A stretch of 63,667 nt of DNA, counting the filler, from Octopus bimaculoides (taxonomy: Eukaryota), in assembly GCF_001194135.2 (NCBI RefSeq). It is 6 parts of 6 records of this genome, joined end to end, with 100 filler letters (N's around TTAATTAATTAA, not from the genome) between each part and the next. Parts side by side here need not be neighbours in the genome. Positions count along the whole stretch, not along the records: positions 29,804 to 42,797 come from NC_068984.1; positions 42,898 to 58,170 come from NC_069010.1; 4 more parts are not named here. One strand, given 5' to 3'. Position 1 is the stretch's first letter; every line of letters begins with the position of its first letter. Of this stretch, positions 38,331-50,690 are shown piece after piece. The position numbers were made by a program, and so were the translations under genes. Below the pieces are notes generated by a model, which worked only from the letters and a program-made list of their open reading frames with translations, searched no databases and was not told where the DNA came from.

Positions 38331-38600
38331 TTGGCACTCCGTCGGTTACGACGACCAGTGTTCCAGTTGATCCGATCAACGGAACAGCCTGCTCGTGAAA
38401 TTAACGTGCAAGTGGCTGAGTACTCCACAGACAAGTGTACCCTTAACGTAGTTCTCGGGGAGATTCAGCGTGACACAGAAACAGGAAGAAAGTGTGAGAG
38501 GAAGTTTTGGTGAAAGAGTACAGCAGGGTTCGACTAAAATTCTTCAAGGTGGTGCCCCAGCATGGCCGCAGTCTAATGACTAAAACAAGGAAAAGATAAA
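38331..38600. mobile_element. 5'-truncated SINE C (-) fused to a SINE A 3' end (+)
   Basis: 38331-38531 matches family C; 38540-38600 matches the family A tail ggtgccccagcatggccgcagtc. Confidence 0.8.
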
Positions 38601-38701
38601 TAATAAAAGAACTAAGAATATATACGAAGATGAATAACCTCGAATAAATCCGAAAATAAACAACTAAGAATTTAACATTAGCTACAGAAGTAGAATATTA
38701 G

Positions 38702-38890
38702 TTTCAAATTTTGGCACAAGGCCAGCAATTTCGGGGAAGGGATAAAACGATTACATTAACCCCATTGTTTAACTGGTACTTATTTTATCGATCCTGAAAG
38801 GATAAAAGGTAAAGTCGATATCGGCGGCATTTGAACTCAGAACGTAAAGACGGACAAAACGCCGCTAAGCATTCTGCTAGCTCACTGCCT
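38702..38890 (-). mobile_element. SINE family B
   Basis: Family core on the minus strand. Confidence 0.85.
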
Positions 38891-38959
38891 TAGCAAAAGT
38901 AGAATATTATTAAATATCAAATGCCAAATACCAAATATATAATCAAATAGGAAGGACCA

Positions 38960-39420
38960 AGAATATAATGGAAGATGAAGAACCAATAGTTGCCAAGAAT
39001 ATTACCGAAAATGAACAACCTAGATTTGATTAGTGCTTTTCAATTTTTAGATCAACATTTTAGATTTATTCTTAGATCAGATCAAATTTTGATCAAATAT
39101 TATTTTTTTCTAATGTCATTATAATACATAGTATAAGGAGAGAGGCACAAGTTAAGTAATTTACAATTTTACAAATCCTAGACAATACAAGTCTTATTTA
39201 TGATAAAAAGAGTCTGGTCTCGTAATTTTTCAAACTCATAGCGAACCTCTTGTAAATTGTGTATTCATAGTTCTAACTAGTCCATTTTTGCAATTCGTTT
39301 TCTCGTCAGTTTAAACTCTCACAGAACATTTCATAAAGAGTAGTCATCTCGAATAATACGTTTTTTAAAACTATATATGTTGTTGATATATTTCAGTTAA
39401 TGCCGCAGTCTTTCAACATA
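38960..39420 (-). pseudogene. Penelope-like GIY-YIG remnant (second related piece at ~40600-40800)
   Basis: TMNTQFTRGS...ASPY recalls YIGSTNTQF.KRF..H and A.PY of PLE endonucleases. About 47 bp at 39236 and 40623 are similar to each other. Confidence 0.4.
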
Positions 39421-39439
39421 CACATTTTAAGTATCTATA

Positions 39440-39633
39440 CGCAGGAGTGTCTGTGTGGGAAGTAGCTTGCTTACCAACCACATGGTTCCGGGTTCAGTCC
39501 CACTGCGTGGCACCTTGGGCAAGTGTCTTCTACTATAGCCTCGGGCCGACCAAAGCCTTGTGAGTGGATTTGGTAGACGGAAACTGAAAGAAGCCCGTCG
39601 TATATATGTGTGGATATATATATATATATATAT
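39440..39633 (+). mobile_element. SINE family A 5' half running into (TA)n and a gap
   Basis: Nearly identical to 30224-30385. Confidence 0.92.
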
Positions 39634-40819
39634 NNNNNNNNNNNNNNNNNNNNNNNNNNNNNNNNNNNNNNNNNNNNNNNNNNNNNNNNNNNNNNNNNNN
39701 NNNNNNNNNNNNNNNNNNNNNNNNNNNNNNNNNNNNNNNNNNNNNNNNNNNNNNNNNNNNNNNNNNNNNNNNNNNNNNNNNNNNNNNNNNNNNNNNNNNN
39801 NNNNNNNNNNNNNNNNNNNNNNNNNNNNNNNNNNNNNNNNNNNNNNNNNNNNNNNNNNNNNNNNNNNNNNNNNNNNNNNNNNNNNNNNNNNNNNNNNNNN
39901 NNNNNNNNNNNNNNNNNNNNNNNNNNNNNNNNNNNNNNNNNNNNNNNNNNNNNNNNNNNNNNNNNNNNNNNNNNNNNNNNNNNNNNNNNNNNNNNNNNNN
40001 NNNNNNNNNNNNNNNNNNNNNNNNNNNNNNNNNNNNNNNNNNNNNNNNNNNNNNNNNNNNNNNNNNNNNNNNNNNNNNNNNNNNNNNNNNNNNNNNNNNN
40101 NNNNNNNNNNNNNNNNNNNNNNNNNNNNNNNNNNNNNNNNNNNNNNNNNNNNNNNNNNNNNNNNNNNNNNNNNNNNNNNNNNNNNNNNNNNNNNNNNNNN
40201 NNNNNNNNNNNNNNNNNNNNNNNNNNNNNNNNNNNNNNNNNNNNNNNNNNNNNNNNNNNNNNNNNNNNNNNNNNNNNNNNNNNNNNNNNNNNNNNNNNNN
40301 NNNNNNNNNNNNNNNNNNNNNNNNNNNNNNNNNNNNNNNNNNNNNNNNNNNNNNNNNNNNNNNNNNNNNNNNNNNNNATATATACATGTACATAGTGATA
40401 TATTTGTGTGAGCGTAGTGCAGTATGGCCGAATAGTTAAAACGTTCACTTTACAACCAAGAGATCTTGGGCTCGATCTTGCTTCTTGTCTATTAATTCCC
40501 AAGCAGCATTTGTTTTTAACACTGTTGACACTGACAGATTGAGTAGTACTACTGAGGTGTCGAAACCATAATGAAATCCATTCGGCAGCTGATGATGGGA
40601 GAATGCGTTTGATGTTCCTGTTCATAGCGAACCTTTTGTAAATTGTGTATTCGTGGTCCTAACTTGTCCTTGTTCTCATAGATTTAAACTCGTTTAGGGC
40701 TTCTTCGTTTATGGTGGATTTGTTGTATGTATTTGTACCATTCGTTGATATTTCGTAATTGTCCTGCATTGGGATTCCATTTCCGGTAAAGGATATACTA
40801 ATTTAGAGGTTTTCTAGAG

Positions 40820-42280
<1,461 letters not shown>

Positions 42281-42519
42281 AGGCCAGGGTAAGAGAGAAT
42301 TTGAACAAGAAGAGCGAGTTAGGAAAGACACATGTGTGCCTAAGATATACGAACGTACATATACCTATGCGCACGCGCGTACGTGGTAGATGAGCGCTAT
42401 GAAAAACACCAGTGCTGCCACCACACTACAATGTCTCACATTAATAACCATAACAATGTTATAGCACAAAACAGCGACTACTATCTTTCCCACAACTGTC
42501 ATGCTAGCACCTAACCACA

Positions 42520-42797
42520 ACAAAGAACCACCACCTCAACAACCATCACAAGAACAACTACAACCGTTACTAACACAACAAAAACGACGACCACCACGGT
42601 AATATCAACTACTGCAGCAGCAACATCGACTTGAACGACCACCATCACAACCACCACCCAAACAACAACTACTACCACTACAGCAACAACAGCCACCACC
42701 ACAATAATAACAACCATGACAACCATTGCCACAACTACCGCTACCACCCCCACCCCCACCAAAACCACAACAACTACCACCACCAGCACCACCACCA
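42520..42797. repeat. (ACC/AAC/ACT)n triplet repeat
   Basis: Visible array. Confidence 0.9.
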
Positions 42798-42898
42798 NNN
42801 NNNNNNNNNNNNNNNNNNNNNNNNNNNNNNNNNNNNNNNNNTTAATTAATTAANNNNNNNNNNNNNNNNNNNNNNNNNNNNNNNNNNNNNNNNNNNNC

Positions 42899-45155
42899 AG
42901 GTATGGGTGGCTTCTCTGATATCCTTTGAAAAAATCTGTCCAGACTCCGTTTAAAGGTGATGGGATCCCTTTCGTCTTTTATCTGTTTTGGGACAATGTT
43001 ACACAGGGCAGGGCCTTTTATGGAAAAAACTTATATCGCAGTGTACCTATATATTGTGATCTTGAATTGGGTAGGGGACGTATGGCCCGTGGTCCCAACC
43101 TTGGATGAACCTTGAAACTAATATTCAGGTCGTTTGGGCAATGCTGGCGGTATATTCTCCACATTATACAAATGATGTACCGTGCGCGGCGGCGCGGAAG
43201 AGAGTAGAGTTTCAAGGCTTTAAGGCAGACCCAGTAATTGAGATCAGTCATGTCTTCAATTCGGGGTGATTCAGTCGTCGAGATGTTTTGTTTTGTATGG
43301 GGAGACCACAAGGGGCAGCAGTGTTTGAGGTGTGGCCGTACAAAGGAGGAGAAAAGTGGAATGACGACACCTTGTTCTCTTGACCGGAAGGTTCTTAAGA
43401 TCCAGGAGCTCATCCTACGAGCTATATTTACCTTATTGTTGATGTGGGAACTCCAATTGAGATTGTTGTCAACAATTACACCCAGATCTCTGATATTATT
43501 GGATGCCGTGAGCGCTTCCCCTGAAGGAAGATATTATGGCTGTTTTAGTATAGACTTTCTTCCAAAATGCATCAGCTCAAATTTTCCCTCGTTCAGTTGC
43601 ATTTTTTTTTTGTCTGCCCATTGACTCACAGCATATAGATCAGACTGGAGTTGAGTTCGGTCTTCTTCTTCATTGATGATTTGCTGGGGCTTAGTGTCAT
43701 CAGCAAATATTTTCACTTTGCAGTGATTTACGACGCTGGAAAGTTCATTTATGTAAATTATAAATAGGAGAGGACGAAAGACAGTCCCACGAGGGACACC
43801 ACTGGTGACTTTTGCTGGGCTTGTGTGGACTCTATCAACCACAACATGCTGTGTTCTATTCACCAGGAAATACTCAATCCAGTGTAGAAGTTTTCTACGG
43901 ATTCCAACATGTGCCAATTTTGACAGTACGATATTATGGTCAACCCCGTCGAACTCTTTACTGAAGTTAAGATATATGACATCAGCGTTCGAACCTGCTC
44001 CGAAGGCTTTAAGTATATCTTCAATGTGGTGTAAGATCTGTGTTAGACAGTCCCTGCCACAGCGAAAGCCATGCTGGTTTTCATTTAGGAGTTTGTGGGT
44101 CTCCAGGAAGTCAGCTATCCTTCATGTTACCACCCTATCAAACACTTTAATGATGTGGGAGGTGAGTGAGACNNNNNNNNNNNNNNNNNNNNNNNNNNNN
44201 NNNNNNNNNNNNNNNNNNNNNNNNNNNNNNNNNNNNNNNNNNNNNNNNNNNNNNNNNNNNNNNNNNNNNNNNNNNCATTGCTTCAGGAGACTAGCGGCGA
44301 ATCTATCAGGGCCTACAGCAGAATAGTATTTGACCTCATTTATTGGTGCTATGATGTCTGAGGTAGTGAAGATTATGTCTGAGATTTTATGTTCGGAATC
44401 GACTTCGTTCGCTTCTTTTACTACATCAATATCAGCGAGATCACTAAAGACAGAGCAATATTGTTTCTGCAGTATTTCTGCCATTTCTTTAGCATCATGT
44501 CAGGGAATGTCGTTATCATCGGTCGATGGCCCAATGAGTGAAACAACGGTTCTATACTTATTTTCATAAGCATAGAACACTTTTGGGTTGTGTTTGATGT
44601 TTTCGGTTACCCATTGTTCCTCCGCAGCTCTTTGATTTTCAATAGAGCTTTTCATGTCAGTCTGCAGATGAAGTTTTTCCAACTACAGCATTTTCATTGT
44701 TGCTGAATGTGGATGTTGTATATGAGAGTATTTTAACTGGTTGACTTTTTTATTGAGTCTTTTGATGCGCCTGATAACTGTTTTTTTTTCCATTTAGAGA
44801 ACCGGTTTCTGTTTGTGTTAGTGGACTTTGTAGGAGCGTGTTTTGAGCACGTATAGGTGAGAATGTTCTCAAAGTGCTGACATGCGGACTCAATGTGAGT
44901 GGAACTGAGAGTGAAATACCAGTCGATGAAGGACAGATCCTTTCTGATTGCTCCACAGTCCGCTTTGTGGAAGTTTATATTGTCAAATGAATGCCGTGGA
45001 GTGGGATTGGCTGCTTTGGTTTTGATATGCCGGGAAATAAAATTGCAGAGTATCATGTCGTGGTCTGAAAGGAGAGTTTTTTCAACTGAATTACTGTGAA
45101 CGGAGCTAGAGTGGTTGGTTAATATTAGATCCAAGATCGTTTTATTTTATCTTGT
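42899..45155 (-). pseudogene. CR1-clade LINE ORF2 (APE endonuclease C-terminus + reverse transcriptase), frameshifted
   Basis: DLILTN...LSDHDMILCNF (APE end); VSLTSHIIKVFDRVV; SGVPRGTVFRPLLFIIYINEL...KIFADDTK (RT domains 4-5); RDLGV..D..L.WSSHI; FVRPHLKHCCPLWSPH. Confidence 0.93.
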
Positions 45156-46794
45156 NNNNNNNNNNCTTAAAAGAGTGTCGGTCTTCTCACTGCCGCTTAC
45201 CAACGCTTCACTCTGCAAGATCATTCTGATGTCGCGAGACACGGCACTGGGAGGCGGCTGCTGCAGCAGTTGTTACTTGGTGCATAGCACACAGGCACAC
45301 ACACTCGCGCTTGTTCCATAGCTTCAATCGTAGCGGCTGCGGCGAGGTTTCCATCCAAGAGGCGCAACATATAGCACGGAAAATGTGTCCGCTCTTCGCC
45401 TGCACTTGACTGGTGCATCGTTGGAATCGTTCATTCTGAGACTGCTAAACAGAGAAATGGACGATTACTGGAGCAACGGAAATCACTTGGTGCATAACAC
45501 ACGGACAAACACAAAGACACGCACTCGGTCCGATCGAGGGCCCTTAATGAACTGCTTCGGCGACGCTGATTCTGCACGCAATGCGCAGCACTGAAAAGAG
45601 AGTCTGAACATATACACCCCGATTACCGGCGATCTTTCTAATTGTTTAGCAAGAAGAATGTCGGACACGAATGTGTGTCTTCATATGTTCGGGGTGAAGT
45701 GATTTTTGCTGCTGCAGCATCCACCTCCAGTTCTCTGACGCGTCATCAGAGCGAAGGATTAGCACAAAATGGGTTTAAACGGCGGAATCAAGTCTGACCC
45801 TCTTCTAAGTTCTGTGTATTGCGTCGGCGAATGGAAGCTTCGCCGCAGCCACAAAGAGAAAAAGGATGAAGAAAAGCGAATGTGCGTTGACTTGTGATTT
45901 CAGATGCTGCAGCAGCCAACCTATGACTTGTATTGAGATGTAAGTGTGAACGATTGGAAGCAAATGCAGTTGAAAGGCACGAGTAAATCTGAAACTTTGA
46001 GTATTGCTACGAATCGATGTATTTAATTATTTAATTAATGATTCATTACATAGTGACTCTATGGATGTGTTTGTGTGTTTTGTGTGTGTGCTTGCGTTTT
46101 ACTACTCCACACTGCTTCGCGACCAGTGTTTGGTTGATTACGGCCTTGTAANNNNNNNNNNNNNNNNNNNNNNNNNNNNNNNNNNNNNNNNNNNNNNNNN
46201 NNNNNNNNNNNNNNNNNNNNNNNNNNNNNNNNNNNNNNNNNNNNNNNNNNNNNNNNNNNNNNNNNNNNNNNNNNNNNNNNNNNNNNNNNNNNNNNNNNNN
46301 NNNNNNNNNNNNNNNNNNNNNNNNNNNNNNNNNNNNNNNNNNNNNNNNNNNNNNNNNNNNNNNNNNNNNNNNNNNNNNNNNNNNNNNNNNNNNNNNNNNN
46401 NNNNNNNNNNNNNNNNNNNNNNNNNNNNNNNNNNNNNNNNNNNNNNNNNNNNNNNNNNNNNNNNNNNNNNNNNNNNNNNNNNNNNNNNNNNNNNNNNNNN
46501 NNNNNNNNNNNNNNNNNNNNNNNNNNNNNNNNNNNNNNNNNNNNNNNNNNNNNNNNNNNNNNNNNNNNNNNNNNNNNNNNNNNNNNNNNNNNNNNNNGTG
46601 TCAAATTGTAAGACACTAAAAGAGAATGACTCTACCCAGGCGCAACAGAATATGCTTCAACACACGAACTCACATAAAGAATCTTGCAAACCAAATCCAG
46701 AAACGAAATAAAAAGAACCGAATACAGTTTAATGCAAAAAGGGATGTAAGAAGAGTTATCATCCTTACTGGTTTATCTTCCGTTCGCTCCACCC

Positions 46795-47362
46795 ACTTTA
46801 TTATATAATTCAGCATGACTCCACCCATTTTCTTTATTACCTCATACCCTTCCTCTATTTGCAAATATATTCATCGTTCTCTCTCGCTCTCCCTCCCTCT
46901 TTCCCTGTCTCTCTTTCCCTTTCTATTCTCATCCGTCTCTCATCTCATTATTTATTACAGACTCCTCCCCCTCCCTTCTTTTCTTTCTTAGTCTCTCTCC
47001 TCATCGTTCTCTATCTTATTAAACACATAAAGCATTTTGCTTCAATCTCCCTCTCTTTGTCTGTCGTCCTTTCTATCTTTCTCTCTCTCCTCCCTTACTA
47101 CGTATATCTTGCTATGTCACTCCGTCCCTCTTACCTCATACTCTCTCTCTCCCTCTCTCCCTCTCTCCCTCCTTTTCTCTCTCACCTACAAAACACATCA
47201 ATCATCTTCTCCCTCTTTGTCTCCTTTCCCTCAGCCTCTCATTATATATTCATTTTAAACACTCCTCCGCCTTCCTTACTATATTACTCACCTCATTCTC
47301 TCCTTCTCTTGCTTCAAATATATATCAGTCTCACTCTCTCTATCTTTCTTTCTCTCTTTCTT

Positions 47363-47393
<31 letters not shown>

Positions 47394-47466
47394 CTCTCTC
47401 TCTGATTCTCTCTCTTTCTCCGTCTCTCTCTCTTTCTGTGTCTCTGTCACTCTTTCTGTACCTCTT

Positions 47467-47505
<39 letters not shown>

Positions 47506-47595
47506 CTCTCTCTCTTTCTGTTTCTCTCTCTCTGTCTCTCTATCCTTCTGTCTCTCTCTCTCTCTTTCTCTCTCCCTCTCTTCTTTCCACATTAT
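46795..47595 (+). repeat. CT-rich segment, copy 1 of a diverged tandem duplication
   Basis: Homologous to ~51150-51690 (ttctttattacctcatac..., cctacaaaaca(c/t)atcaat...cttctccctctttgtctcctttc). Confidence 0.75.
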
Positions 47596-47599
47596 ACGT

Positions 47600-47682
47600 T
47601 AATGTCGGTTCCGTAGGTTTCACTCTCTTTTCTTTCTTTCTTTCTTTATTTCTTTCTTTCTCTCTTTCTTTCTTTCTTTCTT

Positions 47683-47717
<35 letters not shown>

Positions 47718-48100
47718 CTCTTTCTCTCTTTCTTTCTTTTNNNNNNNNNNNNNNNNNNNNNNNNNNNNNNNNNNNNNNNNNNNNNNNNNNNNNNNNNNNN
47801 NNNNNNNNNNNNNNNNNNNNNNNNNNNNNNNNNNNNNNNNNNNNNNNNNNNNNNNNNNNNNNNNNNNNNNNNNNNNNNNNNNNNNNNNNNNNNNNNNNNN
47901 NNNNNNNNNNNNNNNNNNNNNNNNNNNNNNNNNNNNNNNNNNNNNNNNNNNNNNNNNNNNNNNNNNNNNNNNNNNNNNNNNNNNNNNNNNNNNNNNNNNN
48001 NNNNNNNNNNNNNNNNNNNNNNNNNNNNNNNNNNNNNNNNNNNNNTTTTCTTTCTTTCTTTCTTTATTTCTTTCTTTCTCTCTTTCTTTCTTTCTTTCTT

Positions 48101-48135
<35 letters not shown>

Positions 48136-48276
48136 CTCTTTCTCTCTTTCTTTCTTTTTCTTCTTTCTTTGTCTTCTGTCCTTTCTTTATTTCTTTCTTT
48201 TCTCTTTCTATCTTTCTTTCTTTCTTTTCTCTTTCTATATTTCTTTCTTTCTTTCTTTCTTTTCTCTTTCTATATT

Positions 48277-48328
<52 letters not shown>

Positions 48329-48381
48329 TGTCTCTTCCCTTCTTGTTCTTTCGCTCTTATTTTCTTTCTTTCTGTCTTCTT

Positions 48382-48412
<31 letters not shown>

Positions 48413-48536
48413 TCTATCTTTCTTTCTTTCTTTTCTCTTTCTATCTTACTTTTTTTCTTTTCTCTTTCTATCTTACTTTCTTTCTTTTCTCTTTCTATAT
48501 TTCTTTCTTTCTTTCTTTCTTTTCTCTTTCTATATT

Positions 48537-48567
<31 letters not shown>

Positions 48568-48614
48568 GTCTTTCTTTCTTTGTCTCTTCCCTTCTTGTTC
48601 TTTCGCTCTTATTT

Positions 48615-48645
<31 letters not shown>

Positions 48646-48653
48646 TCTATCTT

Positions 48654-48693
<40 letters not shown>

Positions 48694-48773
48694 TGTCTCT
48701 TCCCTTCTTGTTCTTTCGCTCTTATTTTCTTTCTTTCTGTCTTCTTTCTTTCTTTCATTCTTCCTTTTTTCTG

Positions 48774-48804
<31 letters not shown>

Positions 48805-48824
48805 TCTATCTTTCTATCTTTCCT

Positions 48825-48868
<44 letters not shown>

Positions 48869-49070
48869 TGTCTCTTCCCTTGTTCTTTCGCTCTTATTTT
48901 CTTTATTTCTGTCTTCTTTCTTTCTTTCATTCTTCCTTTCTTTCTTTCTTTTTTTCTTTCTTTCTTTCATCCTTTCTTTCTTTCTTTCTTTTCTTTTTCT
49001 ATCATTCTTTCTTTCTTTTCTCTTTCTATCTATCTTTCTTTCTTTTCTCTTTCTTTTCTCTTTCTATCTT

Positions 49071-49106
<36 letters not shown>

Positions 49107-49183
49107 TGTCTCTTCCATTCTTGTTCTTTCGCTCTTATTTTCTTTCTTTCTGTCTTCTTTCTTTCCTTCATTCTTCCTTCTTT

Positions 49184-49223
<40 letters not shown>

Positions 49224-49314
49224 GTTCTTTCGCTCTTATTTTCTTTCTTTCTGTCTTCTTTCTTTCTTTCATCCTTCCTTCCTTTCTTTCTTTCTTTCTT
49301 TCTCTTTCTATCTT

Positions 49315-49354
<40 letters not shown>

Positions 49355-50105
49355 TGTCTCTTCCCGTCTTGTTCTTTCGCTCTTATTTTCTTTCTTTCTT
49401 TCATTCTTCCTTTCTTTCTGTCTGTCTTTCTTTCTTTCTTTCTTTTCTCTTTCTATCTTTCTTTCTTTCTTTTCTCTTTCTATCTTTCTATCTTTCTTTC
49501 TTTCTTTTCTCTTTCTATCTTTCTATCTTTCTTTCTTTCTTTCTTTGTCTCTTCCCTTCTTGTTCTTTCGCTCTTATTTTCTTTCTTTCTGTCTTCTTTC
49601 TTTCTTTCATTCTTCCTTCCTTTCTTTCTTTCTTTCTTTCTTGTTCTTTCGCTCTTATTTTCTTTCTTTGTGTCTTCTTTCTTTCTTTCATTCTTCCTTC
49701 CTTTCTTTCTTTCTGTTCCTTCCTTCTTTCTTTCTTTCTTCCTTTACTTTCTTTCTTTCCTTTCTTTCTTTCCTTTCTTTCTTTCATTCTTTCTCTCTTT
49801 CTTTCTTTCTTTCTTTTTGTCTTTTAACTTTCTTTCTTTCTGTGTTTCCTTCTTTCTTTCTGTCCATTCTGTCCTTTCTTTCTTTCTTTCTTTCTTTCCT
49901 TTCTTTCTTTCATTCTTTCTGTCTTTCTTCTTTCTTTCTTTCTTTCTTTCTTTCCTTTCTTTCTTTCATATTTTCTTTCTTTCTTTCTTTCTTTCTTTCC
50001 GTCCTTTCTTTCTGTTCTTTCTGTCCTTTCTTTCTGTCCTTCCTTTCTGTTCCTTCCTTCTTTCTTTCTTTCTTTCCTTTCTTTCTTTCCTTTCTTTCTT
50101 CATTC

Positions 50106-50136
<31 letters not shown>

Positions 50137-50165
50137 AACCTTTCCATCTTCCTTCCTTTTTCATT
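47600..50165. repeat. ~2.5-kb (TTTC)n satellite with higher-order units
   Basis: TTTC background with recurring ctttgtctcttcccttcttgttctttcgctcttattttc units; source of the 552/481/354-aa F/L/S ORFs. Confidence 0.95.
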
Positions 50166-50167
50166 TC

Positions 50168-50690
50168 TGAGACGCTACTTTCTTACTAATAAATTATATT
50201 TTCAACTTTGCCTTCAAATTTTTCTCTAGCTTTTGTTGAGTAGAAACAAATCAATTAAGTAACTAATGATTAATTACATAATTAATGTGTAATTCATAAT
50301 TGAAGTAATCTAATAGTTCCAGCAGTGGTTGAAAATTTATAAAACATTTATAAAAAGATTTGTCCTATAAATATTTCCACATCATGCTAGAAATAACCAC
50401 CAAGAACACGAAGATATGCGTTGCTTTTGATAGAAAATTGAAAGGCACTTTAAGAGGCATTTGTAGTCAGTCTTTATGTCCCAAACACAAAAGAAGGGAC
50501 TTCAAATTCACAGAGTCTAATCTTCCATTTTTTATAGAGATGAAAGACAGTTACGATGAATTTATAAAGGGAACTCACTTCTATAATGTCTCGCATCTTT
50601 CGAGAAACAACAATCAAGGACCATCAAATTTCCGATGTTGTTTCATATAAAAAAAAGGACATTTAATGTAGCGTCTATAAAATAATAATG
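50168..50690 (+). repeat. Unique-looking segment, copy 1 (copy 2 at ~51695-52160)
   Basis: Shared anchors gagacgct..., aataaattatattttca, cacatcatgctagaaa, ctttaaga(g/a)gcatt, ttcgagaaacaacaa, gtctataaaat. Confidence 0.8.

Noticed and set aside
39471-40625. Long ORFs spanning N runs (also 28-32 kb, 46 kb, 53-55 kb, 62-63 kb)
   Set aside because: The length comes from X residues of assembly gaps.
48169-50170. Long ORFs of 552, 481 and 354 aa
   Set aside because: They are translations of the stop-free (TTTC)n satellite, consisting almost only of F/L/S.
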